This document shows positions 1-10,145 of a stretch of DNA of 64,000 bases, piece after piece. Where the stretch lies: the NCBI GenBank assembly GCA_041389025.1, contig JAWKSP010000001.1:414663-478662 (forward strand), read 5' to 3'. The translations under genes were made by a program, and so were the position numbers. Source of the stretch: Minisyncoccota bacterium. GTDB lineage: Bacteria > Patescibacteriota > Minisyncoccia > Phycocordibacterales > UBA918. The stretch's first letter is position 1. Each line of letters starts with the position of its first letter. Under the pieces are notes generated by a model that was not told the DNA's origin, ran no database searches, and saw only the letters and a list, made by a program, of their open reading frames with translations.

Positions 1-353
1 AAGATTTGAGTACCATAATAAACAAAATATTGTAAATAGTAGCCTGAGATACCGGAGTCAGCGATATTCAGCCTAAGTTCTGTGTCGGCTTTTTTTCTTT
101 CTTCCTCACTACCACCGTGCCAGTAGGCAATATCGTGTTTTAGGCAGGCTTCACTAAAATCGCTGCCGAAAACCTTGTCTGGGAAAAGCGTACAGCCGTC
201 TTGCTTAAATTCTCTTGGTGGAGTGGTTTTGTTTAGGTTTTGGCCATAAGCGATCGCTTCAGCCTTCATCTCTTCTGTGGTTTTGGGTAGGGTACCGCGC
301 TCGAGGGCGATTAGTAGTAATGTCATTATGATGACTATCGGTAGGTATTTCAT
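1..353 (-). CDS. Secreted or membrane-anchored phospholipase A2-like protein (3' end outside window)
   Basis: Not in ORF track. Manual translation MKYLPIVIIMTLLLIALERG...DGCTLFPD...ACLKHDIAYWHGGSEEERKKADTEL...YYG: hydrophobic N-terminus, DGC, CxxHDxxY and later AD motifs of the PLA2-like fold. Confidence 0.6.
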   Translation of the reverse strand, partial: MKYLPIVIIMTLLLIALERGTLPKTTEEMKAEAIAYGQNLNKTTPPREFKQDGCTLFPDKVFGSDFSEACLKHDIAYWHGGSEEERKKADTELRLNIADSGISGYYLQYFVYYGTQI

Positions 354-400
354 TATTTACATAATATCATTATTGGTTGGTACTGAGGTAAATCACCAGT

Positions 401-436
401 GGCCAAGACGATGGCTGGACGGCCATCGTCTTGGCC
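401..436. repeat. Inverted repeat, 15-bp arms
   Basis: ggccaagacgatggc-tggacg-gccatcgtcttggcc between divergent genes. Confidence 0.9.
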
Positions 437-645
437 CTATGACCGGCTTTAAATAACTCGAAATGTCTGTATTTTTATGTATAATGCTCATTACTATGTC
501 AAAATTGAAAAAGATAAAGTAGAAGAAGTCGATAATTCTACAACGGAAAATACGGAGGAAGCAAAAACCGAAAGACAGCTTCGGAAAGAGGGTCAGTCGG
601 AGCAAGTTTCGAATAAAGGGAGATAAAGAAAAAGCTACTCCAAAA

Positions 646-2610
646 TTGCGTGGTGTCGGTAGTCAGGTTCCGCTTAGTCGGGGGAATTTCTGGAACAACA
701 TGCTGTCAACCGTGCTTTTGTTGATTATGATAATGTTGGCTTTTAGTTATATAACCGACAATCAACAAAAACCAGAAGAAATATCTCTATCTGAAGTGGT
801 GGAACAAGTAAAAGCCGGAGAAGTAGAAGAGATTGTTGTTCGGGGTAGTAAGCTTGAAATCAACTATGTTGATGAAACAAAAAATGCAGCTGAAGCAAAA
901 AGAGAAACCGATGCCTCGGTAACTGAATCGCTTACTAACTTAGGGGTCACCACCGATCAGCTAACTGCTATAAAAATAGACGTGCAAAGAGAAACCGGTT
1001 TTGGCTATTGGTTGGCCCAATTGGCTCCGTTTATCTTTCCGTTACTTTTCTTGATTCTAATTATTTGGTTTTTGACTCGCTCAGTTAAAGGGGCTGGTAT
1101 GCAAGCACTTAATTTTGGTTCTAGTAAAGCGAGAATGATAGACCCAAACGACACTTCACAAAAAGTTACTTTCAAAGACGTAGCTGGTGCTAAAGAAGCC
1201 AAACAAGAGTTGGAAGAAGTGGTGGATTTTCTTAAAAATCCAAAGAAATTCTTAGATATTGGTGCTGAGATTCCTAAAGGGGTGATGATGATGGGAGCGC
1301 CTGGGACCGGTAAAACTCTATTGGCGCGAGCGGTGGCCGGAGAGGCGGGTGTACCTTTCTTTTCAATTTCTGGTTCTGAGTTTGTGGAGATGTTTGTGGG
1401 GGTCGGAGCATCTCGAGTGCGTGACCTATTTTCAATGGCTAAGAAAGCGGCGCCAGCGATTATTTTTGTAGATGAGATAGATGCGGTGGGACGGGTGCGG
1501 GGCACCGGTGTTGGAGGAGGAAACGACGAACGAGAACAAACTCTAAACCAAATTTTGGTGGAGATGGATGGTTTTGAACCAAACGCCAAAGTGATAGTAA
1601 TGGCGGCTACCAACCGACCGGATGTGCTTGACCCAGCTTTGCTTCGCCCTGGACGCTTTGATCGTCGAGTGACTATCGATTTGCCAGACCGAAAAGATCG
1701 AGAAGAAATTCTAAAAGTGCACGCTCGTAAGAAACCACTTCAAGATGATGTGAATTTGGATATTATTGCACAGCGTACTCCTGGTTTCTCCGGAGCAGAC
1801 TTATATTCACTGATGAACGAATCGGCTATTTTGGCAGCACGTGAAAAGAGAAAGAAAGTTGGACAGTTTGATATTATTCGTTCAATTGAAAAAGTAATGC
1901 TCGGTCCGGAACGTAAAAGTCATGTGCTTTCAAAACGTGAGCGTCTACTTACCGCTTATCATGAAGTCGGACATGCCTTGGTGGCCTCGGTACTTCCATA
2001 TACTGATCCGGTACAGAAGATTTCAATTATTTCTCGTGGGAGAGCGGCTGGCTACACACTCAAACTTCCGGATGAAGACAGAAGAATGCACACCAAAAAA
2101 GAATTCTTGGATGATATTGCGATGACTCTTGGTGGTTATGTGACCGAAGAGATGATTTATGGTGATCTAACAACCGGCCCAAGTAACGACCTGCAGGTAG
2201 TAGCGAATTTGGCTCGAGATATGGTGACTAAATACGGTATGAGCGATTTGGGGCCAATTGCTTTTGAAGGAACCGGTGGTCGGATGCTGGGTGGTGGTAT
2301 GAGCGAAGATAGGGGATATTCACCACAGGTAGCTAAAGCGATTGATGATGAGGTGAAAAAGATAGTTGAAGAAGGGAAAGAAAAGGCTAGGGAGATTTTG
2401 AGTAAATACAGAAAGGCATTGGATGTGATATCTCATAAATTAGCCAAAGTGGAAACTTTGGAAAGAGAAGAATATGAAGCTCTGCTAAAACAGGAAGGGG
2501 TAGAAATCAAAGATATTTACAAGGAACAAAGAGAAGACGGTGAAAAGGTTGGTGACCCGTCAAAGGTGCTTGAGTTGGAGCCCGATAAGGATACTTTGGT
2601 AGATAAGTAG
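646..2610 (+). CDS. ftsH: ATP-dependent zinc metalloprotease FtsH (true start probably further upstream, see findings)
   Basis: Two TM helices, Walker A GAPGTGKT, Walker [27 protein letters not shown] zinc motif. Confidence 0.98.
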   Translation: MRGVGSQVPLSRGNFWNNMLSTVLLLIMIMLAFSYITDNQQKPEEISLSEVVEQVKAGEVEEIVVRGSKLEINYVDETKNAAEAKRETDASVTESLTNLGVTTDQLTAIKIDVQRETGFGYWLAQLAPFIFPLLFLILIIWFLTRSVKGAGMQALNFGSSKARMIDPNDTSQKVTFKDVAGAKEAKQELEEVVDFLKNPKKFLDIGAEIPKGVMMMGAPGTGKTLLARAVAGEAGVPFFSISGSEFVEMFVGVGASRVRDLFSMAKKAAPAIIFVDEIDAVGRVRGTGVGGGNDEREQTLNQILVEMDGFEPNAKVIVMAATNRPDVLDPALLRPGRFDRRVTIDLPDRKDREEILKVHARKKPLQDDVNLDIIAQRTPGFSGADLYSLMNESAILAAREKRKKVGQFDIIRSIEKVMLGPERKSHVLSKRERLLTAYHEVGHALVASVLPYTDPVQKISIISRGRAAGYTLKLPDEDRRMHTKKEFLDDIAMTLGGYVTEEMIYGDLTTGPSNDLQVVANLARDMVTKYGMSDLGPIAFEGTGGRMLGGGMSEDRGYSPQVAKAIDDEVKKIVEEGKEKAREILSKYRKALDVISHKLAKVETLEREEYEALLKQEGVEIKDIYKEQREDGEKVGDPSKVLELEPDKDTLVDK

Positions 2611-2661
2611 ACGACCAACTCTAGTCCTTTGCGGTAAACTAAAACAAAAGAAAACTAATAA

Positions 2662-2685
2662 AAAACGGCCACAAGTGGCCGTTTT
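2662..2685. terminator. Bidirectional intrinsic terminator
   Basis: aaaacggccac-aa-gtggccgtttt between convergent genes. Confidence 0.75.
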
Positions 2686-2692
2686 AATTTTT

Positions 2693-3145
2693 CTATTGTA
2701 ACGTCATTGATTTGTGGTCAATGTAATCCAGAAATATAGTTGCCGATATACTGGGTGGGATTTTAGTCTCGTGTTCATTTGTGTAATTGATTAACTCTTC
2801 ATAATAATCAATTATTTCTAATCTAAGTTGATTATCTATACAGTCCCACAGTCCTGTAATTATTTCTCTTAGAGATAATTTTTTTTTGAAAAAATCAAAC
2901 ATAAATTTGAAATCGTTCAATAGATAATCAATAAAGAAAATACTTATCCCAATAATTTTGTATTCATCTTCGTTTGGGTTTTTTATTGAATGTAGACTGT
3001 AAATATGTGAAATTGGAATATAATAATACTCTTTGCCGGTTATATCTTCACTAAAATGACTAAGTATTTTCATTTTAGTGTCCCAGTAAACTTCACCTGA
3101 ATTTTTTGAGGCTGCGTTTATATGATTTTCAAAATCTATATTCAT
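2693..3145 (-). CDS. Hypothetical protein (AT-rich orphan)
   Basis: 150-aa ORF with strong SD AAGGAGGT upstream; no recognisable motif. Confidence 0.6.
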   Translation of the reverse strand: MNIDFENHINAASKNSGEVYWDTKMKILSHFSEDITGKEYYYIPISHIYSLHSIKNPNEDEYKIIGISIFFIDYLLNDFKFMFDFFKKKLSLREIITGLWDCIDNQLRLEIIDYYEELINYTNEHETKIPPSISATIFLDYIDHKSMTLQ

Positions 3146-3232
3146 TACTACCTCCTTATTATCTAAGATTTACAATATATGAAAGGTTCGTACTATCATC
3201 ACTATACCATTAATTATGTAATAGAAAATACC

Positions 3233-3934
3233 TTACTTTTTACTTTTAATTTTTCGGTTTATTTCTTCTTTTACAATTAATCCATCTTCCATTCTCACTA
3301 TTCGGTTACAATACTTGGTATACTCTTCTTCGTGAGTGACTATGACTATGGTTTGTCCTCGTTCGTTTAGTTTTCCAAGTAAGTCTATGATGGCTTGACC
3401 GGAAATAGAATCGAGATTGGCAGTTGGTTCGTCAGCAAAAATTATCTTTGGACTGCCGACGATGGCTCTGGCTACGGCGACTCGTTGTTGTTCACCACCA
3501 GATAATTGAGCCGGAAGGTTTTCTTCTTTGTTTTTTAACCCAACTGATTCGAGCATTTGAACAGCTTTTTCTCTAGCCTTGTCCCAGTCTTCTCCTTTCA
3601 TTAATAGCGGCAACATGACATTTTCTGAGGCATCTAGGTCAGGAGCTAGGGCATAGTCTTGGAAAATATAGCCGAGAGTGTTAAGACGAAATTCGGTCTG
3701 TTCACTTTCTGGTAATTGACTGACATCAATATTATCAACGGTTAGATTACCACTGGTTGGGTGATCGAGGACAGATAGTTGATACATTAAAGTAGATTTA
3801 CCCGCACCGGATTTGCCCATAATAGCGACAAATTCTCCTTCTTCTACTTCAATATCGACACCTTTAAGAACATGGGTCTCTAAATCACCGGTAATAAAAG
3901 TTCTATAGATATCTTTGGCTTTGATAAGTTTCAT
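3233..3934 (-). CDS. ABC transporter ATP-binding protein (LolD/MacB-like)
   Basis: GKSGAGKS, LSGGEQQRVA, DEPT, VTH. Confidence 0.95.
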   Translation of the reverse strand: MKLIKAKDIYRTFITGDLETHVLKGVDIEVEEGEFVAIMGKSGAGKSTLMYQLSVLDHPTSGNLTVDNIDVSQLPESEQTEFRLNTLGYIFQDYALAPDLDASENVMLPLLMKGEDWDKAREKAVQMLESVGLKNKEENLPAQLSGGEQQRVAVARAIVGSPKIIFADEPTANLDSISGQAIIDLLGKLNERGQTIVIVTHEEEYTKYCNRIVRMEDGLIVKEEINRKIKSKK

Positions 3935-3947
3935 ATAATTGTTAAAT

Positions 3948-5195
3948 TTATTTTCTACCCAAGATAGAGTTTAAAGTGTTTTGTCTGGTGATAAGCCAAG
4001 CGGGGAGGAAACCGGCGATTAAAGTGGTGAAGAAAAGGGTGATAAATTTGTAAAAAGTGGAGAGTGGTTCAGCTACCAAAATACCTTCACTGAATGGAAA
4101 CTGAATTGGATTGACGTCAAAGTAGGGAATCAGTACGCCGTAGGTTAGAAATGCACCTAAAGCTGAACCGGCTAAAGCATAGAAGATGGCTTGTAAAACA
4201 TAAGCAATCTCGATCGCTCGTTCGCTGATACCGATACCTTTTAGAATACCGATATTTCGGCGTCGTGACAAAGCGTTAATAAATATGATAATAAAGATGG
4301 TAATTGACGCTACTACTAATCCGATAGAACCAATAAAAGTTCCCAGTAGATTAAAAGTTTTTTTAATATCAGCCAAAAATTTTGGTGTACCTTCTTCAAA
4401 GGTTTGAATTTTGGCAAAGCGGTCAAGACCGCTTTGTACCAAGGAGTCCTTTACGGATTGATTAGTGGTGGGATCGACGAGCTTTACAGCTATCAGGTCG
4501 GCATTTTGGTCGATTCGGCCAAACAGTCTCCTAAATTCGCGTTCGGAAATATAGGTGTTTAGGTTTACGTCATCGACTTTGGACTGCAAGATTCCTTTGA
4601 CGGTAAATTCTTTTTGAATGTCGCCGGCGGTTAAGCGGACGGTATCACCTGGATGAACGTCTTCTACGGTTTCAAAAATATCACCGTACAGCTCAGCATA
4701 TTGGCTAAGGTAATAGGCACCAATTAAGATCATTCCTTCCTCGTCAGGACTTAAGTAACTTCCTTCTACTACATATTCACTTAAGTTAGAGGTGTTGTTT
4801 TCAGAAATTGGATCAATACCAGTTACTTTTACGTTAGTTACATCAGCGTCACCTTGTAGGTCACGTCGCTCTTTGTAGTTGGCTTCCAGTTCACCACTAC
4901 CTAGATAACGAACTGAACGAGTAGTGACTTCCGTGTAAGTATCTAGCTCTCTGACAATAGCTTGGGTGTTTAGAATATGATCTTCATCACTGCGAGTAGA
5001 AATAACCACATCACCGAGTGAGTTTTCTCGTACAGCATTTTCAGCTCCAGCGATCAGTCCGACCAGTACTCCGGACACAGCGATGAGATTTAAAAAAGTC
5101 AACATCATAACAGATATGATTAAAAGAGTAGTCCAAACGCTGGCTCTTTGGATTTGTCTTAAGCCTAAAAGTAAACCAATTCTAAAAGTCCGCAT
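3948..5195 (-). CDS. ABC transporter permease (FtsX/MacB/LolE family)
   Basis: N-terminal TM, large extracytoplasmic loop, C-terminal TMs with IGILKGIG motif; ATG at 5195 preferred. Confidence 0.9.
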   Translation of the reverse strand: MRTFRIGLLLGLRQIQRASVWTTLLIISVMMLTFLNLIAVSGVLVGLIAGAENAVRENSLGDVVISTRSDEDHILNTQAIVRELDTYTEVTTRSVRYLGSGELEANYKERRDLQGDADVTNVKVTGIDPISENNTSNLSEYVVEGSYLSPDEEGMILIGAYYLSQYAELYGDIFETVEDVHPGDTVRLTAGDIQKEFTVKGILQSKVDDVNLNTYISEREFRRLFGRIDQNADLIAVKLVDPTTNQSVKDSLVQSGLDRFAKIQTFEEGTPKFLADIKKTFNLLGTFIGSIGLVVASITIFIIIFINALSRRRNIGILKGIGISERAIEIAYVLQAIFYALAGSALGAFLTYGVLIPYFDVNPIQFPFSEGILVAEPLSTFYKFITLFFTTLIAGFLPAWLITRQNTLNSILGRK

Positions 5196-5199
5196 AGGC

Positions 5200-6696
5200 T
5201 TATGGAGCAATTACTGTACTACCAACTTCTAATCCTTGGATTGAAACGTAGCCATCATTGCCAATAAAATCGACCATTACTGGTGTTTTGATCGGTTGGT
5301 TGTTTTTTGGTGTGAGTACAAAATATTGTCCATTTTCTTCAATTAAAAATCGTTTTGGTAATCTAAGAACTTCCTCTTTCTTTTCAATAATTATATCTAT
5401 ATCAGCGTTTAGTCCACCACGTAGCCAATTAACTGGATTGTCTAAAATAATTGTAGTTTCAAAGTAAGAGACACCAGCAATGGTTTTGGCTAGGGGCGAA
5501 ATAAAGGTAATTGCTCCGGTTAGGGTTTGATCTGATTGGGCATCAAAAACCAAATCAGCTTTTTGTCCAAGGGATATTTTAGTAATATCAATTTCAGGTA
5601 TTAAGGTGCTGATTTCAAAGTTGTCATTTGCCACCATGGTAACGACTGGTTCTGTGCTAACAGTTTCTCCGACAGTTGGTTTTATGTCGGTAATTTTTCC
5701 AGAGAAAGGAGCGTACATAATATGGTCAGAAATTTGTGAGCTAATACGTGATAAGTCAGACTTTGCTTGATCTATTTTAGCTTGGCTTTTGGTTATTGTT
5801 TCGGTTCTGGGGTCGGCAGTGGTTAGGTTTTCATTTTCTTCGGCTAATTTTAAGTTTTGTTTTAGAGAAGCCAAGGCGTTTTCTCTAGTGGTTACAGCTA
5901 AGTTGTAAGTATTTAAGTTTGTTGGGTAGAGACTGCTTTCCTTGTTAGGAATTTCTATTATCCATTCGGAGTTACCGTATTTTGAACTAGAATCGAATTG
6001 GATAAAAAGGCCACAGTTACCAAAGGAGGATGCGCTTTCTGTATACGCTATGTACGTACCTTTTTCTAGCCCATTTAGGTTATAGGCGTAACCTGACTCT
6101 GATTCGGAGCGGTAGGTTTTTAATGAATAAGTACCTTCTTTACAAGTATAAGTTCCGCTTATGGTAGGAGCAATGCTGTCATCATCAGAATCAGTTGGTT
6201 TAGCTATAAGGTTTGAGGATAATAAAGTACGGTAAGCATTTTCCACTTTGGTATTTTGCTCTTTGGTGGCTCTGTCTAATTCCTCCTTAGCAATTTCTAC
6301 TTTTGTTTTTGCTACCTCTCTTTCTTCCTCTCTAGCTCCGGTTAACACTTCTGAATAATCAGCTTCAGCAATGTTTAGAGCTGAAACAGCTCTTTGGTAA
6401 TCAGCTTTTAAGTCGTTGTACTTTAGGTACATCAGCATGTCTCCGACGTTAACAAGTTGACCTTTTTTAATATTTATTGCTTCTACTATACCGGAGATTG
6501 GAAAAGATAATTCAGCGGTATTTTTGGATTCAACTGTACCAGAAACTGAGACGATTTGGCTGACTGTACCGACTTCAATGGTACCGGTGGTCCAGTCCGG
6601 AAGACTATTTTTCTTCTGAGAATAAACTATAGCTACTACAACTAAAATAATTAAAACAACTAACAATACGCTATGTCTTTTGAAAAAGTCTTTCAT
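5200..6696 (-). CDS. Efflux adaptor / membrane fusion protein (MacA/HlyD-like)
   Basis: N-terminal TM, barrel-sandwich ISGIVEAINIKKGQLV, coiled coil, APFSGKIT; operon with ABC genes. Confidence 0.9.
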   Translation of the reverse strand: MKDFFKRHSVLLVVLIILVVVAIVYSQKKNSLPDWTTGTIEVGTVSQIVSVSGTVESKNTAELSFPISGIVEAINIKKGQLVNVGDMLMYLKYNDLKADYQRAVSALNIAEADYSEVLTGAREEEREVAKTKVEIAKEELDRATKEQNTKVENAYRTLLSSNLIAKPTDSDDDSIAPTISGTYTCKEGTYSLKTYRSESESGYAYNLNGLEKGTYIAYTESASSFGNCGLFIQFDSSSKYGNSEWIIEIPNKESSLYPTNLNTYNLAVTTRENALASLKQNLKLAEENENLTTADPRTETITKSQAKIDQAKSDLSRISSQISDHIMYAPFSGKITDIKPTVGETVSTEPVVTMVANDNFEISTLIPEIDITKISLGQKADLVFDAQSDQTLTGAITFISPLAKTIAGVSYFETTIILDNPVNWLRGGLNADIDIIIEKKEEVLRLPKRFLIEENGQYFVLTPKNNQPIKTPVMVDFIGNDGYVSIQGLEVGSTVIAP

Positions 6697-6860
6697 ACTT
6701 ATTGTTTAATAGTATAGTACAAATAAAATACTTTTGCTTTTATTTGTTAAGGTATTTTTTTGGCATAGGTGTCTTTTGGAGTGTTGTTAATTTTTGTATC
6801 ATATGAAATATGAAGGGTTTTGTAGGCTTTTTGTTGATTGAAATTTTTCGGGAAATTATT

Positions 6861-6891
6861 AAACAGCGATTTCGGATTGAAATCGCTGTTT
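6861..6891. terminator. Intrinsic terminator of the small ORF 6911-7048
   Basis: aaacagcgatttc-ggatt-gaaatcgctgttt. Confidence 0.65.
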
Positions 6892-6910
6892 TTGTTAATT
6901 TTAGTATTGA

Positions 6911-7048
6911 TCATAGTGCTGAATTTATAATGAAAAATACTCCAACATAAGCGAAAAATTCTCCAACAAAACGAATGGGAAATTTTTTGCTTGTAAATAA
7001 TGTAACTGATAGTCCAAAAAGAACAGTAACCGTTATAAATGTGTTCAT
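6911..7048 (-). CDS. Small (45 aa) hydrophobic orphan protein
   Basis: Manual translation MNTFITVTVLFGLSVTLFTSKKFPIRFVGEFFAYVGVFFIINSAL*, SD CAGGAG, followed by a terminator. Confidence 0.55.
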   Translation of the reverse strand: MNTFITVTVLFGLSVTLFTSKKFPIRFVGEFFAYVGVFFIINSAL

Positions 7049-7111
7049 GTTATCTCCTGTGATTTGGTACTAGTTTGAGTATAATATATACAATGTTTGT
7101 TTCAAGTAAAA

Positions 7112-7161
7112 GCGGGCAAATAAATTACCGGTGCTTTAGCACCGGTAATTTATTTGCCCGC
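7112..7161. repeat. Perfect palindrome, 24-bp arms
   Basis: gcgggcaaataaattaccggtgct-tt-agcaccggtaatttatttgcccgc. Confidence 0.95.
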
Positions 7162-7192
7162 GCATCCGAATATATCGTTTGAAAATTTCCTG

Positions 7193-7500
7193 TGTCCGCC
7201 CGCTTGGACTGACCTAGTTTTTAACGACTACAAGGAGTATAAAAATGGAAATACTCTTGTGGTGCTAACCAAGGACCACAGACTATATGAGTGAAAAATC
7301 CTTTGTCCGCCCGCTTGGACTCGAACCAAGGACCACAGAGGTATAAGCTCTGCGCTCTACCAACTGAGCTACAGGCGGACAAAGGATTTTTTAAAATGGA
7401 CACTCATACAATTCTTCGTCTCGAAAAACAAATGCTATCGCGCTTGTTTTCTCAACTAGAATTGTAAGCTCTGCGCTCTACCTTCTTGAGCTATTGGCGG
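7193..7500 (-). other. Split degenerate tRNA-Ile copy enclosing the intact tRNA-Ile
   Basis: 7193-7210 = 7304-7321; 7267-7282 = 7324-7339; 7465-7482 = 7344-7361; colinear order. Confidence 0.85.
7306..7378 (-). tRNA. tRNA-Ile (anticodon UAU)
   Basis: ccgcctg-tagctcagttggtagagc-g-cagag-ctTATac-ctctg-tggtc-cttgg-ttcgagt-ccaag-cgggcgg-a. Confidence 0.93.
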
Positions 7501-7517
7501 AAGGATGGAACAGGTGA

Positions 7518-7546
7518 ACTATACCGCGATTTTAAAACTAACTCAA
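7518..7546 (-). promoter_or_regulatory. sigma70-type promoter for the tRNA-Ile locus
   Basis: TTGAGT-17 nt-TATAGT on minus strand, upstream of the outer shadow copy. Confidence 0.6.
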
Positions 7547-7911
7547 CTGTTACTTATATATTTAAATATAGGCAGTAAACTATTGCTTTTTTAGATAAAA
7601 TGTATTTTACTAAGGTTAGGTCAGTCTGATAAATAACTAAATGGAGGCTAAAACGAAAAACTCAATTTTATTACCAACATTAAATTTTGAAGCTTTTCTT
7701 TTTAACTTAAATTGAATAATGAAAAGGGGGTGATTTTAATTATGATTAAAATTTTAATTCATAATGTAGTCGGAGTGGGAGGTGATACGGCCTAGCTCCA
7801 GGTCACCTTGTTACTGGGAGTTGTTTTGAGTAATTAACCAAAGTAGGACACCAGCTCCTAGAAACTTGTGCTCACGGTCGCTTGAATTATCAAGCGACCG
7901 TATTTCTTTAT

Positions 7912-10086
7912 TTACTCCAAATGCAAACCAGCTTCCAATCTTTCAACTTGCTTGGCTATTAGTGGATTTTTATTTAAATTCATATCATTTTTTATTAGCT
8001 TTTGCGCTTCATTGCGGGCTGCTTCCACCAGCTTTATATTTTTTATTGCTTCCATACCGAGATCAGACAGACCGGATTGCTTTTGTCCGTAAAGATCACC
8101 GGAGCCTCGAAGTTGAAGGTCGTACTCAGACAACTCAAATCCATTTTTGGCGGTGGTAAGAGCTTTTAACCGGTCTCTAGTCTTTTCACTTTTACTACCG
8201 GTGACAGCAAAACAATAAGCCTGATGATTGCCACGAATCACTCGACCGCGCAATTGGTGTAGTTGAGCCAAGCCAAACCGCTCAGCCCCTTCAATAATAA
8301 TGTTGGTAGCGTTTGGTACATTTACCCCGACCTCTACCACTGAAGTGGAGACCAAGACGTTAGTTTTGTGTTCAGCAAATTTTTTCATTATCTTATCTTT
8401 TTCGGTCGGGGTCATTTTGCTATGCATAATGTCTATTTGATAACCCTTAAATTCATTTTTGCGCAACCGTTCTGCTTCGGTGGTAACATTTTTTAATTGT
8501 AGAGCATTTTCTTTTTGTGGGTCTGGTTCGTCTATGCGTGGACAGATAACATAAGCTTGACGACCAGCTTTAAGTTCTTCTTGAACGTGTGTGTACATTT
8601 CTTTCTCTTGGCCTTGTCCGATTATTTTAGTAATAACCGGCTTTCTTCCTTTGGGCATTTCATCTAAAAGCGTGATATCCAAATCACCGTAAATGGTAAG
8701 AGCTAAAGTGCGTGGAATTGGAGTGGCGGTCATGGATAAGAGATGTGGTAGATAACTATCTTTTTTGGCTAGCATTTTTCGTTGGTTGGTGCCAAAACGA
8801 TGTTGTTCGTCGATTATGACGTAAGCCAAGTGCTTAAATTCCACACTTTTATAAATAAGAGAATGGGTGCCGATAAGAATAGCTATCTCACCGTTTTTTA
8901 CCCATTTTAAGAGCTGGGCTTTGGAGATGTTTGTTGGCTTGGTGGGGTCGGTTTTGGATGGAAATTTCTGGCAACCGCTACCGGTTAAAAGTCCGATTTG
9001 GATAGGTAAATGTTTGAAGTATTCGATAAAACTTTCAAAGTGCTGTTTGGCGAGAATTTCGGTTGGAGCCATGTAGGCGGTTTGTAGATTTCCGTATTCT
9101 AGTTTTTTATCCAAACCCTCCGGCGGCCTAGAAGTAACCACTGCATAGGCAGTGGTGGCCGCGACGGCGGTTTTTCCGCTACCGACATCTCCTTCCAGTA
9201 GGCGCGACATAGCGTGTCCGTCGGTAAAGTTATCGGTAATGCTCTTTATGGCTTTGGTTTGGGCTTTGGTAAGCGGGAAAGGAAAGCGGTCGGTGAACTC
9301 CTTGAGGTGACTTTTGTCAGTTTTTATCTTATAGGTGGTGGCCACATTGGCTCTGGCGCGTTCACGAGCTTTTTGCACTTGAATATAAAAAATTTCCGAG
9401 AAGGCAAAACGTTTACGGGCACTTTTAGCGTGTTCGATTTTCTTTGGTGAATGTATCCAGACTAAAGCGGTTTTTAGTTCGGGTAGATTGTAGGGTTTTA
9501 AAATTTTTTCCGGTAGGGGGTCGGTTAGATTATTTAAAACGCCTTTTTCAAAGCATTTAAGAATGGTGTGATAAAACCATTTACTGGTTACACCTTTGGT
9601 CTCGCGGTAGATTGGATATAGAGTATCTTCGATGGTTTCGGTATCTTTAAAAATGGAATCATGTCTATCAATAGGGAGGTTTTTTAATAGCTCCACTTCT
9701 GGGTTTGATAGATATAATTTACCTTCGCTACCAGCTACTTTGCCGGCCAGTTTTACGTAAGTGCCGTCTTGGTACATTTTGGCTATGTATGGTTGATTAA
9801 ACCACATTACTTTCATCTTGGCGGAACCGTCTTCAACTATACCTTCGGCGATTGGAACTTTGGTACGCCAAGCTTTTCTGGTGTTTAATTTGGTCAGCTG
9901 ACCATAGACGATGGCTTCTTGGCCTTTTTCCAGTCCGCCGATTGATTGTACATCACTGATATTTTCATAACGGACTGGCAAATGGTAAAGGAGGTCCTCA
10001 ACGGTATTAAGGCTAAGTTTTTTCAGAGCTTTTTGGTGAGTGACGTCAATACGAAAATGAGTGGAAAGTAAGTCGTGTGGTTGCAT
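7912..10086 (-). CDS. recG: ATP-dependent DNA helicase RecG
   Basis: Wedge/OB domain, GDVGSGKT, MAPTEILA, DEQH, MTATPIPRT, RFGLAQLHQLRGRV. Confidence 0.98.
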   Translation of the reverse strand: MQPHDLLSTHFRIDVTHQKALKKLSLNTVEDLLYHLPVRYENISDVQSIGGLEKGQEAIVYGQLTKLNTRKAWRTKVPIAEGIVEDGSAKMKVMWFNQPYIAKMYQDGTYVKLAGKVAGSEGKLYLSNPEVELLKNLPIDRHDSIFKDTETIEDTLYPIYRETKGVTSKWFYHTILKCFEKGVLNNLTDPLPEKILKPYNLPELKTALVWIHSPKKIEHAKSARKRFAFSEIFYIQVQKARERARANVATTYKIKTDKSHLKEFTDRFPFPLTKAQTKAIKSITDNFTDGHAMSRLLEGDVGSGKTAVAATTAYAVVTSRPPEGLDKKLEYGNLQTAYMAPTEILAKQHFESFIEYFKHLPIQIGLLTGSGCQKFPSKTDPTKPTNISKAQLLKWVKNGEIAILIGTHSLIYKSVEFKHLAYVIIDEQHRFGTNQRKMLAKKDSYLPHLLSMTATPIPRTLALTIYGDLDITLLDEMPKGRKPVITKIIGQGQEKEMYTHVQEELKAGRQAYVICPRIDEPDPQKENALQLKNVTTEAERLRKNEFKGYQIDIMHSKMTPTEKDKIMKKFAEHKTNVLVSTSVVEVGVNVPNATNIIIEGAERFGLAQLHQLRGRVIRGNHQAYCFAVTGSKSEKTRDRLKALTTAKNGFELSEYDLQLRGSGDLYGQKQSGLSDLGMEAIKNIKLVEAARNEAQKLIKNDMNLNKNPLIAKQVERLEAGLHLE

Positions 10087-10145
10087 TGCTAGTATGGTAG
10101 CAGATTTTTGACGGTTTTGTATTTGGAAGAGGGAGGAAATTTGCT

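Noticed and set aside
1005-1613. Long antisense ORFs (also 20091-20528, 23094-23564, 51049-51537, 59515-59967 and others)
   Set aside because: They are shadows of well-supported genes on the opposite strand with no motifs.
7193-7500. Group I intron or canonical intron-containing tRNA
   Set aside because: The insertions are too short, lack recognisable P/Q/R/S core elements, and contain an intact tRNA.
7620-7901. SD-like sites with tiny ORFs (24 and 17 aa) ahead of a terminator hairpin
   Set aside because: Too short and motif-free to call; possibly a decayed orphan gene.
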